From positions 96,001-160,000 of IMG/VR virus record IMGVR_UViG_3300029319_009044: a stretch of DNA of 64,000 bases; one strand, 5' to 3'. This document shows, piece by piece, positions 56,941-64,000 of this stretch. Each line of letters opens with the position of its first letter. The first letter of the stretch is position 1. Made by a program: the position numbers and the translations under genes. The notes beneath the pieces are model-generated. The model did not search any database. It was given only the letters and a program-made list of their open reading frames with translations, and was not told the origin of the DNA. This DNA comes from a virus.

Positions 56941-57295
56941 AGTCTCTGATATTATTTATAAAATGAGTAACTTCTGGATCAGATTTATGTGTAGCAAAGT
57001 TTAAAGTATTTGATATTTTTTTTGCAGTATGAGAAGCTTGAATCTTATGAAACTCAATGAGTTCTACCAACACCTGAGAATCAGCGCCCGGAATTCCTTC
57101 CTCATTTACATTTAATATATTTCTTATTTCTTGAATCGAATAACCTTTATTGAGATAGTTTTTAGCTTTCTGGGTTATAAAATATTTTTTAAGATTATTT
57201 TCATCGGTATAGTCTCTTACTTTTTTATCATAGTAGTCTTGACTATAAGTATAACTCTTACCAGTTATTAAACACGTAATTTTTCTGCTAGCCAT
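56927..57295 (-). CDS. Hypothetical protein
   Basis: 122 aa; TTGTTT-N16-TAATAT-N5-ATG upstream. Confidence 0.55.
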   Translation of the reverse strand: MASRKITCLITGKSYTYSQDYYDKKVRDYTDENNLKKYFITQKAKNYLNKGYSIQEIRNILNVNEEGIPGADSQVLVELIEFHKIQASHTAKKISNTLNFATHKSDPEVTHFINNIRDYEQD

Positions 57296-57308
57296 ATATT
57301 ATATTAAT

Positions 57309-57746
57309 CTATTCCCACGGAAAAACAATCCACTTATCATCTGGTACAACACTTGCATAATAATTAAGGTAATCCCGATGCTTTAATTTTGTAAAAATAC
57401 AAGCTCTACAATGTTCAATATCTGCTAAAGTTAATCTGTTACTCAACCACTTTACAGTCTCACCTGTATCGCATATATCATCAACAACTAATAGTTTACT
57501 ATCTTTTGTAAATTGATTTAGTTTAATATCATGATTAACTTTTATTTCATTTTTTTCCTTACCAATATAAGAGCTTACATTACAAGTTAATAACGGTAAA
57601 TCTAATTCATAACTAATTATAGTACCGGGTATTAAACCACCCCGTCCAATGCCTAATATATGAGTAAAGTTACCCTTTTTAGCTCTTGAGCCTAACAACC
57701 GAGACATAACATTTATTTCATCAAAAGAAAACTTTAAAACTTCCAT
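57309..57746 (-). CDS. Type I purine phosphoribosyltransferase (Gpt-like)
   Basis: GIGRGGLIPG, PRPP loop LLVVDDICDTGET, C-terminal WIVFPWE. Confidence 0.88.
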   Translation of the reverse strand: MEVLKFSFDEINVMSRLLGSRAKKGNFTHILGIGRGGLIPGTIISYELDLPLLTCNVSSYIGKEKNEIKVNHDIKLNQFTKDSKLLVVDDICDTGETVKWLSNRLTLADIEHCRACIFTKLKHRDYLNYYASVVPDDKWIVFPWE

Positions 57747-57751
57747 AACCT

Positions 57752-57779
57752 ATTATATAGTAAAACTTATTTTTTTCAA
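57752..57779 (-). promoter_or_regulatory. Sigma70-like promoter of the PRTase gene
   Basis: TTGAAA-N16-TATAAT-N5-ATG(57746). Confidence 0.7.
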
Positions 57780-57790
57780 TAAATATATAT

Positions 57791-58159
57791 GTGAACGATT
57801 TTGAAGAGTTACAGAAAATATATGAAGGATATAGAGGGTTAGATTATAATCCTGGTCCTAATGCTAAATACACTGCTAACATGTCACCTACTGGTTATTC
57901 TTATAGAAAGGGTCAACTACCTACTGGTTACCCAGGAGCAGGAGGTTATTCACAATATAATGCAGGGCAAGCAGGTTATTATCAAACACCTACCGTAGCA
58001 ATAATAGCAGATGAAGAGATTGAAGCTGCAGAAATTATTAACTTAGATGTTATAGAAAAGGTCGACCAGCTAATGGAAGAAGCAGAAGAAGATGGTATGG
58101 AATATGCTGTTTTACAGTTGTCGAGATTAAAAGAGCATATTATTTCTCTTTCTCAATAG
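57791..58159 (+). CDS. Hypothetical late protein with a G/Y/Q/N-rich low-complexity core
   Basis: TAAATA-N5-GTG; composition. Confidence 0.55.
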   Translation: MNDFEELQKIYEGYRGLDYNPGPNAKYTANMSPTGYSYRKGQLPTGYPGAGGYSQYNAGQAGYYQTPTVAIIADEEIEAAEIINLDVIEKVDQLMEEAEEDGMEYAVLQLSRLKEHIISLSQ

Positions 58160-58460
58160 GGTATACTTTGTTGAGTAGTATGCTATTAACTAGATAGATA
58201 AGATAGCAACTGCTACTGCTATACAAAGCAAAAAGAATATTATTGTAACTGCTAGCATAAGTTCCTATGATAAGACCGGTCCAGAAACCTGTGCAAAGAG
58301 AGCAGCTTAACAAATCCTTAAAGAATTTAATTTTAGTAATTTTGTCTCTAACAAAATTTAAAATTTTTGCCTCCATTAAAATATAACAGAGACCATACGA
58401 AGCTAATGTATAAAATATTAAATCAGCCACAGAGAAGTTCTTCATCTCCGTCAATAGCAT
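58140..58460 (-). CDS. Small membrane protein with a CxxC-GFW motif (DUF1360-like); true start probably GTG 58430
   Basis: LLSCSLCTGFWTG flanked by hydrophobic helices. Confidence 0.55.
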   Translation of the reverse strand: MLLTEMKNFSVADLIFYTLASYGLCYILMEAKILNFVRDKITKIKFFKDLLSCSLCTGFWTGLIIGTYASSYNNILFALYSSSSCYLIYLVNSILLNKVYPIEKEK

Positions 58461-58623
58461 TGACAGCGTCTCCCATAAGCTTTAGCTCTTCTTTTTTGAC
58501 TATAATAGTATTACCATCATCATCAGTTACCTTATAATGATCATCATCAATTTTTTCAATAACGGGGCAACCTTGTTTTCCGCAACATACTTTAACACTA
58601 TTTTCTGTTAGCCTTTTAATCAT
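58423..58623 (-). CDS. Small hypothetical protein (CC..CP)
   Basis: VKVCCGKQGCPVIE; TAAATA-N5-ATG. Confidence 0.55.
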   Translation of the reverse strand: MIKRLTENSVKVCCGKQGCPVIEKIDDDHYKVTDDDGNTIIVKKEELKLMGDAVNAIDGDEELLCG

Positions 58624-58627
58624 ATAA

Positions 58628-59368
58628 TTATTTATTCAAAGCTGCTTCTAAGGCACTTCTTAATTTAGCTTCTGCTTTAGAACCTATATCATCTTTTCTT
58701 CCGGGGGATATTTCTCTGTGTGTGGTAACAGTAGATAAATCTTTAGGCCATCCCCATTTTTCAAATCTCGGCACTAACCACTCTACAGCAGATGCAACTT
58801 CGTCATCAGTAAGCTCTCTAGTATTAGTATTACCACTGAAAGCTAATCCAAGTAAAAACCCATTACAATTAGTTCTTCCATTGAAATTAGATTTACCTGC
58901 ATGCCAACATCTACGATCATCATCTGCAAAAATTGTTCTTTCTCCATTAGTATCTATAATGCAGTGATACGATACTTGAGACTTCGTTTGACATATCCAA
59001 CTTACTGATCCAGCATAAGATCCTGAAGAATGATGTAATACCACACCTTCAGGTCTAATTCTAGATGAAGATATATTAGGTGAAGGTTTACTTACTTCTG
59101 GGTATGTTCCGTCGACGGCACTTGATGCGACCTCAACCACTGCGGGTTGTTTACTTAAGCCTAACGCTTCTGAAATAGTTTTTGCTGTGTTAGGTCCATA
59201 AGCACCATCTGGAAGGGAATCTGTTTTTTTCTGAATAATTTTAGTAAGTTCTTCTTTAGTAAATCCTAGCTTACTTATAATTTTTAACGCAGTATTCTTA
59301 CCATAAATACCATCAGCTGTAGCGCCTACAGCTTCTTGAATCTTTTTAGTAGTTTCTTTTAATGACAT
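58628..59368 (-). CDS. Endolysin: peptidoglycan-binding repeats plus N-acetylmuramoyl-L-alanine amidase (Amidase_2)
   Basis: Two DG.YG.NT PG-binding motifs; VVLHH, SYH..I, WHAG, N, TTHREISPGRKDD. Confidence 0.88.
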   Translation of the reverse strand: MSLKETTKKIQEAVGATADGIYGKNTALKIISKLGFTKEELTKIIQKKTDSLPDGAYGPNTAKTISEALGLSKQPAVVEVASSAVDGTYPEVSKPSPNISSSRIRPEGVVLHHSSGSYAGSVSWICQTKSQVSYHCIIDTNGERTIFADDDRRCWHAGKSNFNGRTNCNGFLLGLAFSGNTNTRELTDDEVASAVEWLVPRFEKWGWPKDLSTVTTHREISPGRKDDIGSKAEAKLRSALEAALNK

Positions 59369-59424
59369 AAAAGTATTTATTAAAAAAGTTGTAAAATATA
59401 CTATGTATGATAAATACTTTTATG
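59366..59424. promoter_or_regulatory. Perfect 15-bp inverted repeat forming divergent late promoters
   Basis: CATAAAAGTATTTAT (59366-59380) and ATAAATACTTTTATG (59410-59424), each ending in a start codon. Confidence 0.75.
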
Positions 59425-59676
59425 GATATGATACTAGAATTCATTAGTGACAAACCTTGGTTTGGTCTTATAGCCGCAATTATTGCTGCAGCAGCTGCCT
59501 TTTGTGCAGCTACTCCAACACCTAAAGAGGGTGGTTGGGTGTCTAAAGTCTATAAAGTTATAGAGTTTTTGGCACTTAACATTGGAAAAGCTAAAGCTAA
59601 AGCAGAAGTTAAAGAAGCTGTAACTGATGCAGTAACTGACGCTGTTAAAAAGGCTACTACCAAAAAGAAGAAGTAA
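59422..59676 (+). CDS. Putative holin-like membrane protein
   Basis: Hydrophobic A-rich helix, ATPTP...YK.IE.LALNIGKAK, basic C-terminus; next to the endolysin; start moved to 59422. Confidence 0.55.
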   Translation: MDMILEFISDKPWFGLIAAIIAAAAAFCAATPTPKEGGWVSKVYKVIEFLALNIGKAKAKAEVKEAVTDAVTDAVKKATTKKKK

Positions 59677-59687
59677 CTAATAAGCAA

Positions 59688-59960
59688 ATGGGTGGCGGCA
59701 TTATTAAAGGAGTCTTAAGAGCCTTAACTGCATATTTAGAGTTAAGGAATAAGACTCATTATCACCGTGTCGTTACAGAATCTCGTGATAAACAAAAAAA
59801 ATTAATAAATGAAATTGAAACATTACGCACTGCTGGCGACGTCGATTCTAATGATAGGGCTGACATCTTGCGGGACGAGCTCCTCGACGAAAAGCGGCAC
59901 CTTGAACATTTATCAGCCTTCTACATTAAATCTTGCGGCGGGGATACCGATCCAGAGTAA
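59688..59960 (+). CDS. Coiled-coil protein, candidate i-spanin-like partner
   Basis: Overlaps the downstream lipoprotein in another frame; lacks a clear TM helix. Confidence 0.4.
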   Translation: MGGGIIKGVLRALTAYLELRNKTHYHRVVTESRDKQKKLINEIETLRTAGDVDSNDRADILRDELLDEKRHLEHLSAFYIKSCGGDTDPE

Positions 59961-60063
59961 AGCTGGAGTATACACCCCACAGACTGATGAAGTATGGCAT
60001 TCAGATACTCGTTTCAGAAAGCTTGAAAGGCAGCTATACTTTAAACCCACATCAGGTAAATAG
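59809..60063 (+). CDS. Lipoprotein, candidate o-spanin
   Basis: MKLKHYALLATSILMIGLTSC lipobox; overlapped in the lysis cluster. Confidence 0.6.
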   Translation: MKLKHYALLATSILMIGLTSCGTSSSTKSGTLNIYQPSTLNLAAGIPIQSKAGVYTPQTDEVWHSDTRFRKLERQLYFKPTSGK

Positions 60064-60099
60064 TAGACTTTTATCTTTAGTATAGTATAATAAAGCTAT

Positions 60100-60306
60100 A
60101 TGAGTAAAGGAGATAAACCTAGACCACTTTCTATATCTTATAAAGAATATAGCGACAATTGGGAGGCTATATTTGGAAAAAAAGAAGAACAAGAAATTGA
60201 TGGAATATCTATGTCTGCAGAGGAGGAAATAAAAGCAGAAAAAAGAATGGATATTATAGGTCAAAATGGTAATGAAGGTCTTCATTACGATGATATAGAT
60301 GGATGA
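60100..60306 (+). CDS. Small phage protein (KG.KPRP...NW..IF type)
   Basis: MSKGDKPRP...YSDNWEAIFGKK; upstream TAGACT-N16-TATAAT. Confidence 0.6.
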   Translation: MSKGDKPRPLSISYKEYSDNWEAIFGKKEEQEIDGISMSAEEEIKAEKRMDIIGQNGNEGLHYDDIDG

Positions 60307-60490
60307 TTTAGAGTACATCTATCCTCAAGATTTAAAAATGTGGGCAAAATGCGCGGGTCGTAAATTTTTAGAGGCTGAAGAAAAAATTAAAACTCTATCT
60401 ACTAAAAATATATCAGCCAGCGCGTATTGGGATAGAGATAGTAACATTGCAATTTTATTAGAGTGCGGTAAAATATATACGTATAGTTAA
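60299..60490 (+). CDS. Hypothetical protein
   Basis: 63 aa, coupled to both neighbours. Confidence 0.45.
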   Translation: MDDLEYIYPQDLKMWAKCAGRKFLEAEEKIKTLSTKNISASAYWDRDSNIAILLECGKIYTYS

Positions 60491-61353
60491 TGAAAAATGT
60501 TATTATAAAACAAGGAGGAGGTATAGGTGATATATTATATTCTTTAAAAATAGCTCAAAAAATTTATAAAACAAATAACTGTAATATTATATGGCCTATC
60601 AATTCACATATACTTTCTGATTTTCAAGACTATATAAAAATACCTTATATAGAATGGGTAGATGAAAAGGATTATAAATGGTTAGATGATTATAACTATT
60701 TTGTAAACGGGGAGTTAATACCAAGTAGTTTAAAAATTGATAAAGAAACTGTAGTCTTTCCTTTATGTGAAGCAGCTAATAATCCCGACGGATCTTTTAA
60801 AGGAGGGCCTATAATGGGCAAAAAATATTCTACATTTAAATTAAGTCAGGCTAATTGGCAAGACAGTATAAAGATAACTAGAAATGTAGAAAAAGAAAAT
60901 GAGTTATTCTATAAAGTGTTGAATCTAGATGATAATTGTAAGTATGTTTTTGTACATAAAATATACAGTACCCCGAGCCATGGATTATTAAAAAGTACAT
61001 TTATGCCAGATGATTTTCTTCCTGATTGGGAAAAGGATTATGAAGCTCTAGTAACAGGAGCTTGTTTAGAAGAATATTCTGTATTCGACTGGATTAAAGT
61101 TTTTGAAAATGCTGCTGATATTCATGTAGTATCAACTTGTTTATTTTATATATTTGAATCATTAGAAAAAAAATTACCTGAAATCAAAATTTATAATAGA
61201 GATCACTACACTAATTTAGGTCAATTGTATTGTATGAAGCCAACTTTAAGACAAAAATGGAAGTTTCAAGAAGCTATGGAACGACACTATCGTGGTAATG
61301 CAAAATCAAAAAAAGCTAGTCATAATAAAATTCTAATAGAAAGAGAAGCTTAG
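60490..61353 (+). CDS. Putative GT-B glycosyltransferase (paralog of 3542..4294)
   Basis: KQGGGIGDIL...IIWP...RN.EKE.EL...FDWIKV.ENAADIHVVST. Confidence 0.5.
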   Translation: MKNVIIKQGGGIGDILYSLKIAQKIYKTNNCNIIWPINSHILSDFQDYIKIPYIEWVDEKDYKWLDDYNYFVNGELIPSSLKIDKETVVFPLCEAANNPDGSFKGGPIMGKKYSTFKLSQANWQDSIKITRNVEKENELFYKVLNLDDNCKYVFVHKIYSTPSHGLLKSTFMPDDFLPDWEKDYEALVTGACLEEYSVFDWIKVFENAADIHVVSTCLFYIFESLEKKLPEIKIYNRDHYTNLGQLYCMKPTLRQKWKFQEAMERHYRGNAKSKKASHNKILIEREA

Positions 61354-61360
61354 AGTAGTT

Positions 61361-61867
61361 ATGATAGATACGATACTATATAAAAATAAACATTATCCTA
61401 AATTTCAAACGCTTGGTAATGCTGCGCAATTTGCTATACCATATGCTTTACACGTATGTAAAGGTGAAGGAGTTGATATAGGCTGTTCAAAAGTAGAATG
61501 GGCTTTTCCTGGAGCTAGACCTATTGATTTAAATTTTAATGATAATTATGATGCTTATAATCTACCTTATGATAAAAATTCTTTAGATTATATATTTTCT
61601 TCTCATTGTTTAGAGCATCTTCCTAATTGGGTTGAAGCATTAGATTATTGGACTTCTAAATTAAAAAATGAAGGTACTTTATTTTTATATGTACCTCATT
61701 ATAGTCAAGAATATTGGAGACCGTGGAATAATAAAAAACACATCCATTGTTTTACAGGGGAAGAAATTGTAGATTATTTAAACAGCTCTGGTTATAAAAA
61801 GGTTTTTAGATCTATGCCTGATTTAAACAATTCAATAATGATAACTGCAGAAAAAAATAATGAATAA
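61361..61867 (+). CDS. Class I SAM methyltransferase (type 11-like)
   Basis: VDIGC, LDYIFSSHCLEH, LK..GTLFLYVPH. Confidence 0.8.
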   Translation: MIDTILYKNKHYPKFQTLGNAAQFAIPYALHVCKGEGVDIGCSKVEWAFPGARPIDLNFNDNYDAYNLPYDKNSLDYIFSSHCLEHLPNWVEALDYWTSKLKNEGTLFLYVPHYSQEYWRPWNNKKHIHCFTGEEIVDYLNSSGYKKVFRSMPDLNNSIMITAEKNNE

Positions 61868-62252
61868 TAAAGTTATTTTTACTAATGGTTGTTTTGATAT
61901 TTTGCATATTGGTCATATTAGACTTCTTAAATATGCAAAATCACTTGGTAATCATCTCATAGTAGGTCTTAACTCTGATGAAAGTATAAAAAGATTAAAA
62001 GGTTATGATAGACCCTTTAATAAGCTTGAATATAGAAAAGAAGTTATCGAGAGTATAAAGTGGGTAGATGAAGTAAGAATATTTACTGAAGATACACCTT
62101 ACAATTTAATTAAAGACTTAAAACCTGATATAATGGTTAAAGGTGGTGATTATACTCCTTCAACTGTAATAGGTAGTGATATATGTAAAGTAGAGATTTT
62201 TAATTTAGTAGGTAATATATCTACAACACAGATTTTAAATCATGTCAAATAA
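61860..62252 (+). CDS. Heptose-1-phosphate nucleotidyltransferase (RfaE domain II/HldC-like)
   Basis: FTNGCFDILHIGH, VGLNSDESIKRLKG..RP, PDIMVKGGDY, STT. Confidence 0.9.
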   Translation: MNNKVIFTNGCFDILHIGHIRLLKYAKSLGNHLIVGLNSDESIKRLKGYDRPFNKLEYRKEVIESIKWVDEVRIFTEDTPYNLIKDLKPDIMVKGGDYTPSTVIGSDICKVEIFNLVGNISTTQILNHVK

Positions 62253-62988
62253 TATTTTACTTATAGGAGAGCATTGCATTGACGTGTACCATTACGGCAA
62301 ATGTAGTAGATTAAATCCAGAAGCTCCTGTACCTATTTTAAATGAAGAATATATAAGAAAAATAGAAGGAATGGCATCTAATGTTAAAAATAATTTAGTA
62401 AATTTAGGATTTAAAATCGATCATTACAAAAATGAGGAAATTATAGAAAAGCATAGACTAGTAGATATAAATTATAAACAGCAGCTATTAAGATATGATA
62501 TCGAAAATAAATTAAAAAAAATAGAAGTAAAACATATTGAGGGGGATTACGATATTGTAATCATAAGCGATTATGATAAAGGACTCATTACAAGAAATGT
62601 TGCAGAGTATATTTGTAATAAGTACAAAGATAAACCTATATTTGTGGATTCAAAGAAGAAAGATCTTACGTGTTATAGTAATTGTTTTTTAAAAATTAAT
62701 GATAATGAATATAATAATTTAAAATCATATAATAAGAGTAACTGTGAGCTAATAATCACAAAAGGTAGATTTGGAGCAACATATAAGTTTAAAAATTATC
62801 CAGCTGAAAAAGTTGATGTTTATGATGTTTGTGGAGCAGGTGATGTATTTTTAGCGGGACTTGTATATGGCTATTCAAAAAGTAAAGATATAATAGAAGG
62901 CATTAAGATAGCAAATAAGCTAGCAAGTATATCAGTAAGTAAATTTGGAACTTATGTTTTAACTATAAAAGATATAAACACAATTTAA
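62242..62988 (+). CDS. Heptose-7-phosphate kinase (RfaE domain I/HldA-like, PfkB family)
   Basis: RLNPEAPVP, GMASNV..N, ISDYDKG, VDSK, DVCGAGDVF. Confidence 0.88.
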   Translation: MSNNILLIGEHCIDVYHYGKCSRLNPEAPVPILNEEYIRKIEGMASNVKNNLVNLGFKIDHYKNEEIIEKHRLVDINYKQQLLRYDIENKLKKIEVKHIEGDYDIVIISDYDKGLITRNVAEYICNKYKDKPIFVDSKKKDLTCYSNCFLKINDNEYNNLKSYNKSNCELIITKGRFGATYKFKNYPAEKVDVYDVCGAGDVFLAGLVYGYSKSKDIIEGIKIANKLASISVSKFGTYVLTIKDINTI

Positions 62989-62989
62989 G

Positions 62990-63358
62990 ATGAAAAATTT
63001 TGCAGAGATAAAATACGTACCTAAAGGATGGGGTTATGAGAAATGGATAGTAAACAAAGATGAATATTGTGGCAAAATCTTATGGTTCTCAAAAGGTAAG
63101 AAATGCTCATGGCACTATCATAAAATAAAAGATGAAGTATTTTACGTACGTAAAGGTAAGCTATTAGTTCGATATGGTTTAGATAAAGACATAACTAAAT
63201 GCGATGAAGTATTACTAATTCCTGGAGATAATTTTCACGTACCTGTAGGACTTATACACCAGATGGAAGCTATTGAAGAAACAGAAATGTTTGAATTTTC
63301 AACTAAGCATAGAGATTCTGATAGTTATAGAGTTCTAGAAGGGGATGTAATTATTTGA
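62990..63358 (+). CDS. Cupin sugar isomerase-like protein
   Basis: PKGWGYEKW, CSWHYHK.KDE.FY, H..E, EFST.H.DSDSYR. Confidence 0.7.
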   Translation: MKNFAEIKYVPKGWGYEKWIVNKDEYCGKILWFSKGKKCSWHYHKIKDEVFYVRKGKLLVRYGLDKDITKCDEVLLIPGDNFHVPVGLIHQMEAIEETEMFEFSTKHRDSDSYRVLEGDVII

Positions 63359-63386
63359 TTGCATTAACTCATATATAAATTATAAT
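63359..63386 (+). promoter_or_regulatory. Sigma70-like promoter
   Basis: TTGCAT-N16-TATAAT-N5-ATG(63392). Confidence 0.7.
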
Positions 63387-63391
63387 AAGAT

Positions 63392-63532
63392 ATGGCAAAA
63401 AAGACTAATAGTACTACCTGGAAAGTTAGCGATAAAAAACCTAAAAAAACTAGACAAGGAATCTCTAGAAATTCTAAAGGTCATAAAAAATATCGCGGTC
63501 AAGGTGGTCCCTGTAAGCGAAGAAAGAAGTAG
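63392..63532 (+). CDS. Small basic protein with KKTRQG...KKYRGQG motif
   Basis: Manual translation MAKKTNSTTWKVSDKKPKKTRQGISRNSKGHKKYRGQGGPCKRRKK; has its own promoter. Confidence 0.7.
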   Translation: MAKKTNSTTWKVSDKKPKKTRQGISRNSKGHKKYRGQGGPCKRRKK

Positions 63533-63563
63533 TTTTCTACGTTAACAACGCATAAATATTGTT

Positions 63564-64000
63564 ATGGTGAAAGCTATAACAATATTTTTATGTCTACTTT
63601 GCTCTAATATTCTAGCAAATCAAATAGATCATAGTAAAGAAATAGATAAAATTATTGCTAATGATCTTAAAAATAAAAGAATTGAGTTACCTATAGTAGT
63701 TAACCCCTTTGTATTTGTAAGAAGAGCGTATATCGATATTGCTGGTAGAGTTCCAACATATCAAGAATGGAAGACGTTTATAAAGAGACCTGATAGGAAA
63801 AAATTAATTGAAGATCTTCAAAACTCTAAAGGTTATACTGAAAGTATGTTTAACTTTTATGCTGATCTTCTTAGAATAAAGAGACGTCTTTCAAACAATA
63901 TTGATGGTGATACATATATAACTTGGGTTAAACAAGAAATAGAAAATAATACACCATATGATGAGTTTATTAAAAAGATATTAACTGCAGAAGGTAACAT
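63564..64000 (+). CDS. Secreted DUF1549 (PSCyt2)-domain protein, 3' truncated
   Basis: Manual translation: signal peptide, FVRRAYIDIAGRVPT..E...F, RKKLIEDL..S..Y, ADLLR, Y.TW......NTPYDEF...ILTAEG; TAAATA-N5-ATG. Confidence 0.8.
   Translation, partial: MVKAITIFLCLLCSNILANQIDHSKEIDKIIANDLKNKRIELPIVVNPFVFVRRAYIDIAGRVPTYQEWKTFIKRPDRKKLIEDLQNSKGYTESMFNFYADLLRIKRRLSNNIDGDTYITWVKQEIENNTPYDEFIKKILTAEGN

Noticed and set aside
1-64000. Stop-codon reassignment, tRNA genes
   Set aside because: Conserved proteins are full length under the standard code with TAA, TAG and TGA all used as stops; intergenic gaps are short and no cloverleaf was seen

Overview
AT-rich segment of a large T4-like (myovirus-type) bacteriophage genome, probably infecting a PVC-superphylum host (Verrucomicrobia/Planctomycetes/Lentisphaerae; suggested by a DUF1549-type gene at the right edge). 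Contents in order: QueE C-terminus and a P-loop kinase; a ~12 kb sugar-nucleotide/glycosyltransferase island; DUF366, clamp-loader small subunit, GroES-like protein and a DinG-type helicase; a rearranged T4-type head/neck module (gp15, portal gp20, gp13, gp4, protease gp21, scaffold gp22, major capsid gp23 and its terminator); two ~2,270 aa modular, Cys-rich tail-fibre-like genes; a dispersed 7-deazaguanine DNA-modification pathway (QueE, QueF, PurN-like formyltransferase, DpdA/TGT-like protein, two kinases, a PRTase); a seven-gene cassette of two small membrane proteins, CsgF, CsgG, a curlin-like protein, a FecR-domain protein and a CHASE2 adenylate cyclase; a gp5 tail spike split into two genes; ClpP, NrdAB; a divergent lysis module; and a small heptose (HldA/HldC) cluster. 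Many genes appear to be transcribed as near-leaderless mRNAs from two promoter classes visible in the DNA (TAAATA-N5-start and TTGNNN-N16-TANNNT-N5-start). No tRNA, rRNA, CRISPR array, intron, intein or reverse transcriptase was recognised. All family assignments come from motif recognition by eye, not from database searches. Several starts were moved from the ORF track to better-supported codons.
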